From positions 17,259 to 81,258 of the forward strand of contig CABYIR010000003.1 in NCBI GenBank assembly GCA_902518955.1: a stretch of DNA of 64,000 bases, written 5' to 3'. The notes under the pieces are model-generated. The model did not search any database. It was not told the DNA's origin and saw only the letters and a list, made by a program, of their open reading frames with translations. Both the position numbers and the translations under genes were made by a program. Below are positions 1-12,637 of this stretch, in pieces (the stretch's first letter is position 1; each line of letters opens with the position of its first letter). The DNA is from an uncultured Pelagibacteraceae bacterium. Lineage in GTDB: Bacteria; Pseudomonadota; Alphaproteobacteria; Pelagibacterales; AG-422-B15.

Positions 1-85
1 TTTTATAAAATAACCCTACCACCAATAAAAGAGTTGATGACAAAAAAAGAAATATTTCTGGCAATATAATAGTGAAAACACCCAT
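1..85 (-). CDS. nuoN: NADH-quinone oxidoreductase subunit N (5' part only, runs off the window)
   Basis: Manual translation MGVFTIILPEIFLFLSSTLLLVVGLFYK with the NuoN LPEI motif; ATG overlaps the nuoM TGA (TGATG); operon position. Confidence 0.85.
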   Translation of the reverse strand, partial: MGVFTIILPEIFLFLSSTLLLVVGLFYK

Positions 86-1563
86 CAATCCATCTTTCCA
101 TTTATTATTTCTAAAGTTAGTTGACTTGACGGCTCAATAATCTCTAAGACTGGTATGGGATAAATACCAATTAAAATTGTAAGCAATATTAATGGAGCAA
201 AAATAACAATTTCTCGGGACGATAAATCTAAAATATCCTTTAGATCATCCTTTATTAATTGGCCAAAAATAATTTTTCGATATAGCCACAGAGAATAAGT
301 GGCGGCTAAGACAACTCCCATTGTTGCAAAAACAGCAAAATAAGTATTTACAGAAAAAATAGATAGTAAAACTAAGAATTCACCAACAAAGCCACTAGTT
401 CCTGGCAACCCAAGACTAGCAAGAATAAAAATCATGAATGAAAAGGAGTACAGTGGCATTCTATTAACTAGTCCGCCATATCTTTCTATTTCTCTAGTAT
501 GCATTCTATCATAAACCACGCCAACACATAAAAATAATGCCGCAGAAACAATTCCATGGCTAATCATTTGTATAATAGCACCTTCAATCCCTTGAATTGT
601 GAAAGTAAATATACCCAATGTGACAAAGCCCATATGAGCAACGGATGAATATGCTATCAGCTTTTTCATATCTTCCTGAACAAGAGCAATCAATGATGTG
701 AAAATAATAGCTATTATACTTAATGCATAAATCATAGGAGCAAAATAGTGAGATGCATCAGGAAACATTGTAATTGAGAAACGAATAAATCCATAGCCAG
801 CTAATTTTAATAAGACACCAGCCAGTATTACTGATCCTGCAGTCGGTGCTTCAACGTGTGCATCAGGCAACCATGTATGAAATGGCCACATAGGTATCTT
901 GACAACAAAGGATGCAAAAAAAGCAAGCCATAAAATAATCTGCGCATCATAGCTAAACTCATACTGTAATAAGATTGGTATGCTTGACGTTCCAACTTCC
1001 CAGTACATAAATATGACTGCCAAAAGCATGAAAACAGAACCTGCTAGGGTATAAAGAAAAAACTTAAATGTTGAATAAATTCTTCTTTCACCTCCCCAAA
1101 TACCAATAATTAAGAACATTGGTATTAAGCCGCCTTCAAAGAAAAGGTAAAATAATATTAAATCCATTGATATGAAAACGCCAATCATGAAAGTTTCTAA
1201 AGCTAAAAAAGCGATAAGGTATTCTTTTATTGAAAATTTAATATTGTTGTAACTGGCTAATATACAGATTGGAACTAGGAAAGTTGTTAAGACAACAAAT
1301 AATATTGAAATACCATCAACTCCCACATGATAACTAATGGTATCACCAAGCCAATAATATTTTTCTACAAATTGAAAATTGGGATCAACTTGATTAAAAT
1401 TAAATAAGACAACTAGTGAGATGATAAAATTTAAAAAAGATACCCAAAGAGCAGTTTGCTTTAAATTGCCATCACTCTCTGAATTACTAGATATAAATGT
1501 TAAGAGCAAGATGCCTATAACAGGTAAGATTAATAAAATAGATAAGATGGGCAATTCATTCAT
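85..1563 (-). CDS. nuoM: NADH-quinone oxidoreductase subunit M
   Basis: PFHTWLPDAHVEAPTAGS, KKLIAYSSVAHMG motifs. Confidence 0.97.
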   Translation of the reverse strand: MNELPILSILLILPVIGILLLTFISSNSESDGNLKQTALWVSFLNFIISLVVLFNFNQVDPNFQFVEKYYWLGDTISYHVGVDGISILFVVLTTFLVPICILASYNNIKFSIKEYLIAFLALETFMIGVFISMDLILFYLFFEGGLIPMFLIIGIWGGERRIYSTFKFFLYTLAGSVFMLLAVIFMYWEVGTSSIPILLQYEFSYDAQIILWLAFFASFVVKIPMWPFHTWLPDAHVEAPTAGSVILAGVLLKLAGYGFIRFSITMFPDASHYFAPMIYALSIIAIIFTSLIALVQEDMKKLIAYSSVAHMGFVTLGIFTFTIQGIEGAIIQMISHGIVSAALFLCVGVVYDRMHTREIERYGGLVNRMPLYSFSFMIFILASLGLPGTSGFVGEFLVLLSIFSVNTYFAVFATMGVVLAATYSLWLYRKIIFGQLIKDDLKDILDLSSREIVIFAPLILLTILIGIYPIPVLEIIEPSSQLTLEIINGKMD

Positions 1564-3486
1564 TTAGATAACGAAAATAAAATAAGTAATTAGAAAAGAT
1601 AAGCCAATTAAAATTGAAAATGCATAATGATAAATAAAGCCTGTTTGAATACTTCTTGCTTTTTCAGATATTTTTAAAACCATACTAGCGATACCATTAG
1701 GACCGAAGCCATCGATAAAGTAGTCATCAACTATTTTCCAGAAAAATTTACCAATACTCCTTGCAGGGATAACAAAAATATAATTATAAAGTTCATCAAA
1801 ATACCATTTATTAAGTAAGAATTTATACAAAGGCTCATTTAAAGAGGCAACGGCAGCTGGTATTCTTGTATTCTTTAAGTACATGTACCAAGCGATAATA
1901 AAGCCAAGAATACCAAGCATTGCAGGGAGATAGTATATTAAGAAAGGTATATGGTGATGCTCATGATAATGAATGGCAATTGAATGACTCCAAAATTCAA
2001 CGCTCGCTCCTCCAATGAAATATGACTTAAAAATATATCCAAAAGATAGGGCACCAATTGCAAGAATAAATAAAGGTATTAGCATTACATACGGTGACTC
2101 ATGAACTTCTCTAAATTTCTGCTCTTCCATTCTGGTGTTTCCGTTGAATGTAAGGAACATCAACCTCCAAGAATAAAATGATGTCATGACAACGCCCAAC
2201 GTTCCTAAAAAATATGCATAATTGGAAAACATGGCATCAGATAAGTATGCCGCTTCTATTATGGCATCCTTTGAATAAAATCCAGATGTGAATGGGAAAC
2301 CCATCAAGGAAATAGTACCAATTACCATCATGGCGTGTGTTAATGGGGTAAAGATATATATTCCACCCATCTTTCTTATATCTTGTTCTTCATGAACAGA
2401 ATGTATTACCGAACCAGCACCTAAAAAGAGCAATGCTTTGAAAAATGCATGAGTAAATAAATGGAACATCGCAGCACCGTAAGCGCCTAAACCTGCTGCA
2501 AAAAACATATAGCCCAATTGACTGCAAGTTGAGTATGCGATTACTCGCTTAATATCATTTTGAACTAGGCCAATTGTGGCAGCAAAAAAAGCTGTGGATG
2601 CGCCCACTAAAGTTACAAACGAGGAGGCTTCCACTGATAGATCAAAGAGAGGGGAACATCTAACTACTAAGAATACGCCAGCCGTGACCATCGTAGCGGC
2701 ATGGATTAAAGCTGATACAGGGGTAGGTCCTTCCATTGCATCTGGTAACCATGTATGAAGGAATAATTGTGCTGATTTTCCCATGGCACCAATAAATAAA
2801 AGAAAGCAAATTAATGTAATTGCATTAATATCGTATCCAATGAAGTTAAAATTTGTTTCATCAAATTTATCTACATTTTCAAAAACAACTTGATAATCAA
2901 TAGAACCAAAAACCATATAAATTGTAAAGATACCAAGAGCTAAACCAAAATCTCCTATACGATTAACAATGAATGCTTTAATTGCCGCTGCATTTGCAGA
3001 AGGTTTTTTGTACCAGTAGCCAATAAGAAGATATGATGCAAGACCAACACCCTCCCAACCAAAAAATAATTGTAAGAAATTATCTGCTGTAACAAGCATT
3101 ATCATTGCAAATGTAAACAATGATAAATATCCCATAAATCTTGGTTTACTATCGTCATGAGACATATAGCCAATTGAATAGATATGAACTAGAGCTGAAA
3201 CAGAAGTTATAACAACAAGCATTACTCTTGTTACGGCATCAATATACAAAGACCAGTTTACAGAAAGATCACCTGATGTGATCCAAGTAAATAAAGTAAA
3301 CTTATATACTTGGGGGTCTGATAGATTAATAACAAATAAATAAAATGATAAAATCGCTGAAATTGTAATAAATAAAGACGTAACAGTTTGAGTGATACGA
3401 TCTATTGTTTGGTCACTCTTAAAGAAAGAAAATAAACAAGAAATAATAAAACCAAAAAGAGGCAAAAGAACAATCGAGTGAATCAT
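1564..3486 (-). CDS. nuoL: NADH-quinone oxidoreductase subunit L
   Basis: GKSAQLFLHTWLPDAMEGPTPVSALIHAATMV. Confidence 0.97.
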   Translation of the reverse strand: MIHSIVLLPLFGFIISCLFSFFKSDQTIDRITQTVTSLFITISAILSFYLFVINLSDPQVYKFTLFTWITSGDLSVNWSLYIDAVTRVMLVVITSVSALVHIYSIGYMSHDDSKPRFMGYLSLFTFAMIMLVTADNFLQLFFGWEGVGLASYLLIGYWYKKPSANAAAIKAFIVNRIGDFGLALGIFTIYMVFGSIDYQVVFENVDKFDETNFNFIGYDINAITLICFLLFIGAMGKSAQLFLHTWLPDAMEGPTPVSALIHAATMVTAGVFLVVRCSPLFDLSVEASSFVTLVGASTAFFAATIGLVQNDIKRVIAYSTCSQLGYMFFAAGLGAYGAAMFHLFTHAFFKALLFLGAGSVIHSVHEEQDIRKMGGIYIFTPLTHAMMVIGTISLMGFPFTSGFYSKDAIIEAAYLSDAMFSNYAYFLGTLGVVMTSFYSWRLMFLTFNGNTRMEEQKFREVHESPYVMLIPLFILAIGALSFGYIFKSYFIGGASVEFWSHSIAIHYHEHHHIPFLIYYLPAMLGILGFIIAWYMYLKNTRIPAAVASLNEPLYKFLLNKWYFDELYNYIFVIPARSIGKFFWKIVDDYFIDGFGPNGIASMVLKISEKARSIQTGFIYHYAFSILIGLSFLITYFIFVI

Positions 3487-3493
3487 TATAGCA

Positions 3494-3799
3494 TCATCCT
3501 TTCAAGCTATTGATTTTCTCAATTTCAATAGTTCCGGCATTTCTATTATAGATCACCAATATTGCTAAACCTATTGCGGCTTCAGCGGCAGCAACAGTTA
3601 AAACAAATAAAGAAATTATTTGTCCTGTAAGATCGCCTAAGAAATATGAAAAAGAAACTAGATTGATATTAACTGATAGAAGAATGATCTCGATTGACAT
3701 TAATATAATTATTACGTTTTTTCTGTTGAGAAAAATACCAATAACACCGATGCTAAAAAGAAGTGCTGACAATATTAAAAACTGATTTAATTCAATCAT
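3494..3799 (-). CDS. nuoK: NADH-quinone oxidoreductase subunit K
   Basis: [17 protein letters not shown] motifs. Confidence 0.96.
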   Translation of the reverse strand: MIELNQFLILSALLFSIGVIGIFLNRKNVIIILMSIEIILLSVNINLVSFSYFLGDLTGQIISLFVLTVAAAEAAIGLAILVIYNRNAGTIEIEKINSLKG

Positions 3800-4419
3800 T
3801 ATATATCAACTCCTTCATTTGATTTAGGATCGACCATCGTTATGGTTGATTTATAATTACGATCTAATTGAGATTGGATTGACTGTCTTTTTACGCCCTC
3901 ACGAGTCCTTAAAGTCAAGACAATTGAACCAATCATTGCAACAAGTAAAATAATGCCAGAAAGTTGAAAATATAAAATATAATCTGTGTATAGGATGGAC
4001 CCAATAGCCTCTGTATTTGTTAAATTTTCAAATTTTATCATTGGATTAACTAAGATTTGTATATTTGAGAGATCAAATTTGGTATTAATGAGAACTATAA
4101 TTAGTTCAGATATAAAAACCACACCAACAAAAAATCCAATTGGTAAATATTGAAGAATATTATTCTTATCGAGGCTTATTTTAAAATCTAACATCATAAC
4201 AACAAATAAAAATAAAACTGCGACAGCTCCTACATAAACGATAATTAAAATCATTGCCAGAAACTCAGCATGTAAAATTATAAAAAGCCCTGCGCCATTA
4301 AAGAATGTCAAAATTAAAAATAATACTGAATGAACAGGATTTTTTGAGGTAATCACCATCAAAGAAGAAAGGAGAATAACAGTTGAAAATATATAAAATG
4401 ATAACAAGGATGCTGTCAT
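3799..4419 (-). CDS. nuoJ: NADH-quinone oxidoreductase subunit J
   Basis: [28 protein letters not shown]. Confidence 0.96.
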   Translation of the reverse strand: MTASLLSFYIFSTVILLSSLMVITSKNPVHSVLFLILTFFNGAGLFIILHAEFLAMILIIVYVGAVAVLFLFVVMMLDFKISLDKNNILQYLPIGFFVGVVFISELIIVLINTKFDLSNIQILVNPMIKFENLTNTEAIGSILYTDYILYFQLSGIILLVAMIGSIVLTLRTREGVKRQSIQSQLDRNYKSTITMVDPKSNEGVDI

Positions 4420-4422
4420 TTT

Positions 4423-4908
4423 CTATCTATACTCCGCATTTTTTTTTAGATTTTCGGCAATTGCGCTTTCCCACTTATCACCATTATCTAAGAGCTTTTC
4501 TTTTGTATAATAAAGTTCTTTTCTAGTTTCAGTGGAAAATTCAAAATTTGGTCCTTGAACAATTGCATCTACCGGACATGATTCTTCACATAAACCACAA
4601 TAAATACATTTTACCATATCAATATCATATCTAGTTGTTCTTCTCGTTCCATCATCTCGAGGTTCAGATTCAATAGTTATGGCCTGAGCTGGACAAACTG
4701 CCTCACATAATTTGCATCCAATGCAACGTTCTTCACCACTTGGGTATCGCCTCAAAGCATGTTCTCCTCTAAACCTTGGGCTTAATTTTCCACGTTCGTA
4801 AGGGTAGTTTAATGTGGCTTTCTTTTTGAAGAAATATTTCTGCGCTAATATGTAAGCCTTAACAAAATCAATGAGCAGAAAAGATTTTATAAAATTAATA
4901 ATTTTCAT
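4423..4908 (-). CDS. nuoI: NADH-quinone oxidoreductase subunit I
   Basis: Two CxxCxxCxxxCP 4Fe-4S motifs; [14 protein letters not shown]. Confidence 0.97.
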   Translation of the reverse strand: MKIINFIKSFLLIDFVKAYILAQKYFFKKKATLNYPYERGKLSPRFRGEHALRRYPSGEERCIGCKLCEAVCPAQAITIESEPRDDGTRRTTRYDIDMVKCIYCGLCEESCPVDAIVQGPNFEFSTETRKELYYTKEKLLDNGDKWESAIAENLKKNAEYR

Positions 4909-5921
4909 GAAAATACAGGAGCTAGATTGAAGAAAAATAAAACACTAGAGGTAACTACAACAGCTAATAATGAAAGTGGTAAAAATACTTTCCAACCAAG
5001 TCTCATTAATTGATCATATCGATACCGTGGAACAAAGGCTTTGACCATCGATATCATATAAAAAATTACCATCATCTTAACTAAAAACCATATAAAACCA
5101 GGTATGAGGTTGAATGGAGCTACATCAATTGGTGGATACCATCCGCCAAAGAACATGATGGTCATCATTGCACACATCAGCAAGATATTTATGTACTCAC
5201 CTAGAAAAAAGAGAAGAAATGGCATGGCAGAATATTCTGTTTGATAGCCGGCTACAAGCTCGGATTCTGCTTCAGGTAAATCGAATGGTGGTCTGTTTGT
5301 TTCCGCAAGTGCTGAAATAAAAAAAACAACAAACATTGGGAACAATGGAATAAAAAACCAAATATTTTTTTGAGCATAAACAATTTCTGAGAGGTTTAGA
5401 GAACCAACGCACATTAATACTGTTACTATTACAAATCCTATAGATACCTCATATGAAACCATTTGAGCTGCAGATCGTAACGCTCCTAAAAAGGGGTATT
5501 TACTATTTGATGCCCAACCAGCCATCAGGATTCCATAAACACCTAAAGAGCTCATAGCAAATATATATAAAACTCCAACATTTATATCAGATAAAACAAT
5601 ATTTTCTTGAATAGGAATAACTGCCCAAGCTGCTATTGCTAACGTCGAAGTTAATATTGGTGCAATAAAATAAATAGTTTTATCAGATCCATCTGGAATA
5701 ATGATTTCTTTAAATAAAAACTTTAATCCATCGGCTGGTATTTGAAATAAACCAAAAGGTCCAACTACATTTGGTCCCTTTCTTTTTTGAACAGCTGCCC
5801 ATATTTTTCTATCCGCAAATAAAACGATGACTACGCCTAAAAGCAATGGAACAAAAATAAGGAGGCAGAGACCAACAATAAAAAATAAATGAAGAAGGTT
5901 CTCAGAAATGAGAGCTATCAT
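4905..5921 (-). CDS. nuoH: NADH-quinone oxidoreductase subunit H
   Basis: [35 protein letters not shown]. Confidence 0.97.
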   Translation of the reverse strand: MIALISENLLHLFFIVGLCLLIFVPLLLGVVIVLFADRKIWAAVQKRKGPNVVGPFGLFQIPADGLKFLFKEIIIPDGSDKTIYFIAPILTSTLAIAAWAVIPIQENIVLSDINVGVLYIFAMSSLGVYGILMAGWASNSKYPFLGALRSAAQMVSYEVSIGFVIVTVLMCVGSLNLSEIVYAQKNIWFFIPLFPMFVVFFISALAETNRPPFDLPEAESELVAGYQTEYSAMPFLLFFLGEYINILLMCAMMTIMFFGGWYPPIDVAPFNLIPGFIWFLVKMMVIFYMISMVKAFVPRYRYDQLMRLGWKVFLPLSLLAVVVTSSVLFFFNLAPVFS

Positions 5922-7975
5922 ATAGCTTTTCCATTTCTTAACTCTTTACGAATTTGACTACATTCGGCCATAGTCTTAGATAATCTTGATATTGAGTCAG
6001 TTAAATAAAAATCTTTAATCAATGATCCAATTTCTTTATTATCAAATGAGATTTTTGAAGCTTTGTTTGCAAGCAATCTTTTATAAGGCCTATCAGTAGA
6101 TACTTGATTAAATAAATCTGGATATTGATTTTTAATTTTTTTACGAACATCATCCAATGTCACAAAACCCCAATTCAAATTAAGCATTTCACTAATTTGA
6201 TTAATAATTTTCCAATCAGTTTTTGCCTCACTTGGTGGAAAACTTGCTTGATAGGCATATTGAAGTCTGCCTTCAGTATTAATATAAATTGCATCTTTTT
6301 CGGTGTAAGCTGCAGAAGGAAGAATTAAGTCTGCATTACTTGCGCCTCTATCACCATGTGAGCCCATATAAATAATTTTTGTGTTTTGAAATTTACTATA
6401 ATCAATCTCATCCGCCCCAAATGAAAATAAAAGTTTTAAAGACCCACTCTCTGCATCTGTATATATATCTTTTAGTGATCTGTTAGATTGATAACAGCCC
6501 ATATCTAACGCACCAATTCTTGACGCTGATAATTGAAGAGTATTTACACCGTTCCATGAGGAATCTATAAAAGAATATTGATGAACAATATCTTCTATTA
6601 GTGAATAAGCATTAAGACTATCATCACGATTTAATACTGATTGACCAATAATAATCATTGGCTTTTTTGCTTTGCCTAGAGTCTTACAAAAATTATTTTC
6701 ACCATCAGAAATAGATTTTAAGATATTCAGGTCATTTCCTAAATGTTTATAATCAAAAGTAAGGTCAAATTTTTCACCAATCAATCCAATAGGAATATTA
6801 TTATTCAATAAGTGCTTTCGTATTCGAGTATTTATTATTGGAGCTTCTTCTCTGACATTGCTACCGATTATTAATATACAGTCACTTTCCTCAATTCCAT
6901 TAATTGTTGAATTAAATAGATATTGAGAACGATCTGAATATGGAAGCCTCACCCCTTCTTGCCTACATTCAATTTTTTTAATATTTAATGACTCTGAAAG
7001 TTGTTTAATTAAATATGATGTTTCAAGATCAATGAAATCTCCCACAAGAAAAGCAATTTCATCAGGTTTGTGATTTTTCATAAATGACAAACACTCATTT
7101 AACGCATTATCCCAATCAGTGGCGTTCAGATTTTTATCATGTCTTACATAAGGGGTATCTAGCCTCTGATTCAGTAAACCATCACAAGCATATCTGGATT
7201 TATCAGAGATCCATTCTTCATTAATGTCTTCATTCAACCGTGGAAGTATTCGCTTAACTTTCCATCCATAAGTATCAACTCTTATATTTGAGCCCACTGC
7301 ATCCATGACATCGATTGTTTCAGTTTTTTTTAGTTCCCAAGGTCTTGCTTCAAATTGATAAGGTTTTGATGTTAGTGCTCCCACAGGACAGAGATCAATA
7401 ACGTTTGCTGACATTTCAGAGTCAATCGACTTTTCGAGATAGGTAGTAATTTCCATATTCTCACCACGATTTACCGCACCTATTTCTTCAACACCAGCAA
7501 CTTCCTCTGAAAACCGAATGCATCTGGTACAATGAATGCATCGTGTCATATATGTTTTGATCAAAGGACCCATATATTTTTCCTCGACTGAACGTTTGTT
7601 TAAATCGAATCTTGATTTACCTGAGCCATAAGCAACAGTTTGGTCTTGTAGATCACACTCTCCACCTTGATCACATACGGGACAATCTAAAGGGTGATTG
7701 ATTAACAAAAACTCCATAACACCTTCTCTAGCTTTTTTTACTTTTTGTGTATTGGTATGAATTGACATTCCCTCATTTACCGGCATAGCACAAGATGCTA
7801 CAGGCTTGGGGGATCCTTCTACATCGACAAGACACATTCGACAATTTCCCGCAATAGACAAGCGATCATGGTAACAGAATCTAGGTATCTCTTTCCCAGC
7901 CTCCTCGCACGCTTGAAGTATTGTCATATCATCACGAACTTCTATTTCTGTTCCATCAACTTTTACTTTTGCCAT
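5918..7975 (-). CDS. nuoG: NADH-quinone oxidoreductase subunit G
   Basis: [35 protein letters not shown]. Confidence 0.97.
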   Translation of the reverse strand: MAKVKVDGTEIEVRDDMTILQACEEAGKEIPRFCYHDRLSIAGNCRMCLVDVEGSPKPVASCAMPVNEGMSIHTNTQKVKKAREGVMEFLLINHPLDCPVCDQGGECDLQDQTVAYGSGKSRFDLNKRSVEEKYMGPLIKTYMTRCIHCTRCIRFSEEVAGVEEIGAVNRGENMEITTYLEKSIDSEMSANVIDLCPVGALTSKPYQFEARPWELKKTETIDVMDAVGSNIRVDTYGWKVKRILPRLNEDINEEWISDKSRYACDGLLNQRLDTPYVRHDKNLNATDWDNALNECLSFMKNHKPDEIAFLVGDFIDLETSYLIKQLSESLNIKKIECRQEGVRLPYSDRSQYLFNSTINGIEESDCILIIGSNVREEAPIINTRIRKHLLNNNIPIGLIGEKFDLTFDYKHLGNDLNILKSISDGENNFCKTLGKAKKPMIIIGQSVLNRDDSLNAYSLIEDIVHQYSFIDSSWNGVNTLQLSASRIGALDMGCYQSNRSLKDIYTDAESGSLKLLFSFGADEIDYSKFQNTKIIYMGSHGDRGASNADLILPSAAYTEKDAIYINTEGRLQYAYQASFPPSEAKTDWKIINQISEMLNLNWGFVTLDDVRKKIKNQYPDLFNQVSTDRPYKRLLANKASKISFDNKEIGSLIKDFYLTDSISRLSKTMAECSQIRKELRNGKAI

Positions 7976-9246
7976 TACGCTGCTCTAATTTTTTTTATTA
8001 ACTGCTCTTCTATTTCATCTCTAAAATGTCTGAATAAACCTTGAATTGGCCATGCTGCAGCATCACCTAGTGCGCAAATCGTATGACCTTCAACCTGCTT
8101 TGTAACATCTAGTAATCGATCAATTTCACCGGGGCTGGCTTCACCTGCTGCAATTTTTTCCATCATCCTCCACATCCATCCAGTGCCCTCTCTACAAGGA
8201 GTACATTGACCACAACTTTCATGCTTATAAAATCTAGATATTCGAGCTATTGCTTTTACAAGATCTGTTGATTGATCCATAACAATCACAGCTGCTGTTC
8301 CTAAGCCACTCTTTACAGAAGACAGCGAGTCAAAATCCATCGAAATATTGTCACAAACTGACTTTGGTATCATTGGAACTGAGGATCCACCTGGAATAAT
8401 AGCTTTTAAATTATTCCAACCACCTCTCACGCCCCCAGCATGCTTTTCTATAAGCTCTTTTAAAGGTATGCCCATTTCTTCTTCAATATTACACGGAGTA
8501 TTTACGTGTCCTGATATACAGAAGACTTTCGTACCGGTATTTTTAGTTTTCCCAAGAGAACTAAACCAAGATCCACCTCTGCGTAATATTGTTGGTACAA
8601 CGGCTATCGTTTCAACATTGTTAACTGTTGTCGGTGACCCATATAAGCCTTTATTAGCTGGGAAAGGAGGCTTAAGCCTTGGTTGGCCTTTTTTCCCTTC
8701 AAGACTTTCAAGGAGAGCTGTTTCTTCACCACAAATATACGCTCCAGCTCCTCTATGGAGATAAATATTAAAATCCCATCCTGAGTTGCACGCGTTCTTT
8801 CCAATAAGACCAGCCTCATATGCCTCATCAATTGCTTTTTGTAAGACAATACTCTCGTTGAAATATTCACCTCGAATATAAATATAACAATCGTGTGAAT
8901 TCATTGCAAAACCAGCCAGTAGACATCCTTCAAGAAGTTTATGAGGTTCGTTTCTAATCATATCTCTATCTTTACAGGTACCAGGTTCTGACTCATCAGC
9001 ATTCACAACTAAATAATTATTTTTGTTTGCGTCCTTTGGCATGAAAGACCATTTTAAACCCGTAGGAAAACCTGCACCACCTCGACCACGTAGCTCAGAT
9101 TTTTTTACTTCGTCTATTATCCAATCTGATCCTTTTTTAATAAAATTACTGGTCTGATCCCAATCTCCTCGAGACCGAGCTTCTCTAAGAGAATAAGATT
9201 GATCCCCAAACAAATTAGTAAAAATTTTATCTTTAGCTTTTAACAT
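7975..9246 (-). CDS. nuoF: NADH-quinone oxidoreductase subunit F
   Basis: [29 protein letters not shown]. Confidence 0.97.
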   Translation of the reverse strand: MLKAKDKIFTNLFGDQSYSLREARSRGDWDQTSNFIKKGSDWIIDEVKKSELRGRGGAGFPTGLKWSFMPKDANKNNYLVVNADESEPGTCKDRDMIRNEPHKLLEGCLLAGFAMNSHDCYIYIRGEYFNESIVLQKAIDEAYEAGLIGKNACNSGWDFNIYLHRGAGAYICGEETALLESLEGKKGQPRLKPPFPANKGLYGSPTTVNNVETIAVVPTILRRGGSWFSSLGKTKNTGTKVFCISGHVNTPCNIEEEMGIPLKELIEKHAGGVRGGWNNLKAIIPGGSSVPMIPKSVCDNISMDFDSLSSVKSGLGTAAVIVMDQSTDLVKAIARISRFYKHESCGQCTPCREGTGWMWRMMEKIAAGEASPGEIDRLLDVTKQVEGHTICALGDAAAWPIQGLFRHFRDEIEEQLIKKIRAA

Positions 9247-9793
9247 ATTCCTCCGCTCTTGAACCTTTGCGCCCTGTTTGAGACCCTATAGGAGATGGAT
9301 TTCCATCAATAAATGACTGCAATACATTTTTTGTGTTTTCATAGTTTAAGTCTTCATAAAAATCATCATTGATTTGAACTAAGGGTGCATTAACGCATGC
9401 TCCCAAACACTCCACTTCCATCCATGAAAATAATCCATCATTAGATAATTCATTTTGTTTTTCGGAAATAGTCTCTTTACATGCTTTTACCACTTCGTCG
9501 GAACCTTTTAACCAACAAGGTGTAGTAGTACATACTTGAACAAAGTATTTTCCGACTGGCGTTGTATAATACATTGAATAAAATGTAACTATTTCATAAA
9601 CTTTTATGTAAGGCATCTCAAGATGTGAAGCCACATGCTCAATAGCTGACTTGCTAAGCCAGCCACCATTTTGTCTCTGAGCAATATCTAGCAAAGCCAT
9701 CACGGCACTTTGTTTTCGGTCTTCAGGATATTTACTGAGAGCAAACTTTACTTTATCTAAACTTTCAGCATTAAATAAAAATGTTTCAGTCAT
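9233..9793 (-). CDS. nuoE: NADH-quinone oxidoreductase subunit E
   Basis: CTTTPC and [10 protein letters not shown] 2Fe-2S ligands. Confidence 0.96.
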   Translation of the reverse strand: MTETFLFNAESLDKVKFALSKYPEDRKQSAVMALLDIAQRQNGGWLSKSAIEHVASHLEMPYIKVYEIVTFYSMYYTTPVGKYFVQVCTTTPCWLKGSDEVVKACKETISEKQNELSNDGLFSWMEVECLGACVNAPLVQINDDFYEDLNYENTKNVLQSFIDGNPSPIGSQTGRKGSRAEEYVKS

Positions 9794-10966
9794 CTATCTA
9801 TCAACTTCCCCAAACACAATTGCTAGAGAACCTAGTATCGCTGGGACATCTGCTAGTAAATGTCCTTTTGATAATAAATTGAATGCTTGTAAATGAGCAA
9901 ATCCAGGAGCTCTAATTTTGCATCGATAAGGTCTGCTTGTATTATCTGAAATTAAATATACTCCAAACTCTCCCTTTGGAGCCTCTACAGCTGAATAAAT
10001 TTCACCTTCAGGAACATGAAAGCCTTCAGTAAAAAATTTAAAGTGATGAATAATAGCTTCCATTGACTCTTTCATCTCAGCCCGTTTTGGGGGAGCTATT
10101 TTAGTATCTCTATTAATGACTTCTCCACTAGGCATGTTGTTAATGCACTGCGTCATAATCTTTACACTTTCTCTCATCTCATCCATTTGACATAAATAGC
10201 GATCATAACAATCACCATTTTTTCCAATTGGAACTTTAAAATCAAAGTCTTCATAAGAGTCATAAGGTTGAGATCGTCTTAAATCCCATGGCACTCCAGA
10301 TGCCCTAAGCACAAAACCACTAAAACCGTTATCAACAGCTTCTTCTTTTGAGATTTTGCCAATATCAACATTACGCTGCTTGAATATTCTATTTTCGGTA
10401 AGCAGTGTTTCCATATCATCAACAACTTTAGGAAATGATATACAGAAATCATTTATCTTTTCTAGGAGTCCTTCTGGTAAGTCTTGATGAACACCTCCGG
10501 CTCTAAAATAATTTGCATGAAAACGAGAACCAGAGACTTCTTCATAAAAATCTAGAAGCTTTTCTCTTTCATCAAACCCCCAGGTAATAGGTGTCATTGC
10601 ACCAACGTCCATGGCTGTTGTCGTTACATTTAATAAATGACTTAAAAGACGCCCAATCTCAGAAAAAAGAACTCTAATGTACTGACCTCTTTTGGGAACA
10701 TCTACCTTCATTAACTTTTCAATTGCCAGAGCAAATGCATGCTCTTGGTTCATTGGCGCTACATAATCAAGACGATCAAAATATGGGATAGCTTGTAAAT
10801 AAGTTTTGGTTTCAATTAGCTTTTCAGTGCCACGGTGTAAAAGACCGATATGAGGATCAGCTCTTTCAACAACTTCTCCATCGAGGTCAAGAATTAATCT
10901 TAGAACTCCGTGAGCAGCTGGATGAACAGGGCCAAAATTTACAGTTACTGTTTTACTTTCCGCCAT
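9794..10966 (-). CDS. nuoD: NADH-quinone oxidoreductase subunit D (start moved to MAESK, 390 aa)
   Basis: [30 protein letters not shown] end; the ORF extension to 11023 lies inside nuoC. Confidence 0.96.
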   Translation of the reverse strand: MAESKTVTVNFGPVHPAAHGVLRLILDLDGEVVERADPHIGLLHRGTEKLIETKTYLQAIPYFDRLDYVAPMNQEHAFALAIEKLMKVDVPKRGQYIRVLFSEIGRLLSHLLNVTTTAMDVGAMTPITWGFDEREKLLDFYEEVSGSRFHANYFRAGGVHQDLPEGLLEKINDFCISFPKVVDDMETLLTENRIFKQRNVDIGKISKEEAVDNGFSGFVLRASGVPWDLRRSQPYDSYEDFDFKVPIGKNGDCYDRYLCQMDEMRESVKIMTQCINNMPSGEVINRDTKIAPPKRAEMKESMEAIIHHFKFFTEGFHVPEGEIYSAVEAPKGEFGVYLISDNTSRPYRCKIRAPGFAHLQAFNLLSKGHLLADVPAILGSLAIVFGEVDR

Positions 10967-11552
10967 TGCGGTCCTGCTCCTCTTCTTTGTACTTAGTTCC
11001 TTCCCAAGGACTTTGAATATCAAAATGACGATAGTCTTGTTGTAGCTTTACAGGCTCATATACAATCTTCTTTTCAATTTCATTGTATCGAACTTCAACA
11101 TTACCGCTCAAAGGGAAATCTTTTCTTAATGGATAACCTTCAAAACCATAGTCGGTAAGAATTCTCCTCAGATCTGGATGATCATTGAATTGGATTCCGT
11201 ACATATCAAAAGCTTCTCTTTCAAACCAATTTGCACATGGGAATACAGACGTAAGACTATCTATTGATGAACCTTCATCAATGTATACCTTAACTCGAGC
11301 TCTTAAATTATTTTTAAAACTTAATAAATGGTATACAACTTCAAACCTATTTTCTCTATCAGGATAATCAACGCCAGCAATATCTGTTAACTGTCGAAAT
11401 TGACACTTTGAGCTATCTTTTAAAAACTGAAAGGTTGTAATTATCTGTCTTGACTCAATAATAATCTCAATTTGATTATTGATAACTTTAACATCAATAG
11501 GATTTATTTTTTCACTAATAGTCTGAACGACTAAATCAATAGGACTGCTCAT
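10953..11552 (-). CDS. nuoC: NADH-quinone oxidoreductase subunit C
   Basis: [34 protein letters not shown]. Confidence 0.96.
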   Translation of the reverse strand: MSSPIDLVVQTISEKINPIDVKVINNQIEIIIESRQIITTFQFLKDSSKCQFRQLTDIAGVDYPDRENRFEVVYHLLSFKNNLRARVKVYIDEGSSIDSLTSVFPCANWFEREAFDMYGIQFNDHPDLRRILTDYGFEGYPLRKDFPLSGNVEVRYNEIEKKIVYEPVKLQQDYRHFDIQSPWEGTKYKEEEQDRNGGK

Positions 11553-11556
11553 AAAC

Positions 11557-12078
11557 TTATCTAACTATGTTGCCTTCTCTACGTATTTTCTTTTGAAGTT
11601 GCAATATTCCATACATTAATGCCTCAGCTGTTGGTGGACATCCTGGAACATAAATATCAATTGGAACTATGCGATCACTTCCCCTTACAACTGAATATGA
11701 ATAGTGGTAATACCCTCCACCATTAGCACAGCTTCCCATTGAAATTACATAACGAGGCTCAGCCATTTGGTCATAAGCTTTTCTTAGCGCAGGAGCCATC
11801 TTGTTAGTTAATGTTCCTGCAATAATCATAACATCAGCATGTCTAGGTGAAGCTCTTGGTGCTGCACCCATTCTCTCAACATCATATCGTGGTGTTCCAA
11901 CGTGCATCATTTCAACGGCACAACATGCAAGTCCAAACGTCATCCAATGCAATGAACCTGTTCTGGCCCAATTTATTAAGTTGTTTACGTTTGTTACAAT
12001 AAAACCTTTATCTGAATATCGTTGTTTCAGATCTTCTAATTCTTGAGATCCAATCTCTGGTGTTGCAGCTATTGCCAT
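11557..12078 (-). CDS. nuoB: NADH-quinone oxidoreductase subunit B
   Basis: [23 protein letters not shown]. Confidence 0.97.
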   Translation of the reverse strand: MAIAATPEIGSQELEDLKQRYSDKGFIVTNVNNLINWARTGSLHWMTFGLACCAVEMMHVGTPRYDVERMGAAPRASPRHADVMIIAGTLTNKMAPALRKAYDQMAEPRYVISMGSCANGGGYYHYSYSVVRGSDRIVPIDIYVPGCPPTAEALMYGILQLQKKIRREGNIVR

Positions 12079-12434
12079 TCAAGTGCCCCTTTCTTCCATT
12101 CGTATATAAAACCAATGGTTAAGACACCTAAGAAAAACATCATAGAGAAAAATCCAAGTAATCCTAGATTTCCAAAGGTAATTGCCCAGGGAAACAAAAA
12201 GGTGACCTCAAGATCAAAAATAATAAATAGCAAAGTCACGAGATAAAATCGAATATCGAATTTCATTCTAGAATCTCCAAATTGAGGAAATCCACTTTCA
12301 AAGGCATCGCTCTTTTCAGGATCAGGATTTCTTTTGGCAACAAGAAAATTTGCTAATATAAACAAACAACTAATAACCAGTGCAACAATTAGAAAAATTG
12401 CTAATGGAAGGTACTCAGCTAATATAAAGTTCAT
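12069..12434 (-). CDS. nuoA: NADH-quinone oxidoreductase subunit A
   Basis: [18 protein letters not shown]. Confidence 0.96.
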   Translation of the reverse strand: MNFILAEYLPLAIFLIVALVISCLFILANFLVAKRNPDPEKSDAFESGFPQFGDSRMKFDIRFYLVTLLFIIFDLEVTFLFPWAITFGNLGLLGFFSMMFFLGVLTIGFIYEWKKGALEWQ

Positions 12435-12637
12435 AATCCTAAAGAGCTTTTAAACAATATATACACTTAAAAAAGTAAAAAAAAACAACGATATGCCTAT
12501 TCAGATACGATTATTTGTGTATCATTTTAATGTAAAAATAAGATTAATGAATTCAATTGGATGTGACAAAATAACATAATTTAAATTTAATTTAATAAAT
12601 AAATTCAATAAGTTAATAAGTAAATTGGAGATGCTAC

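Noticed and set aside
10967-11023. Long nuoC/nuoD overlap
   Set aside because: The real NuoD start is most likely 10966, leaving a 14-bp overlap
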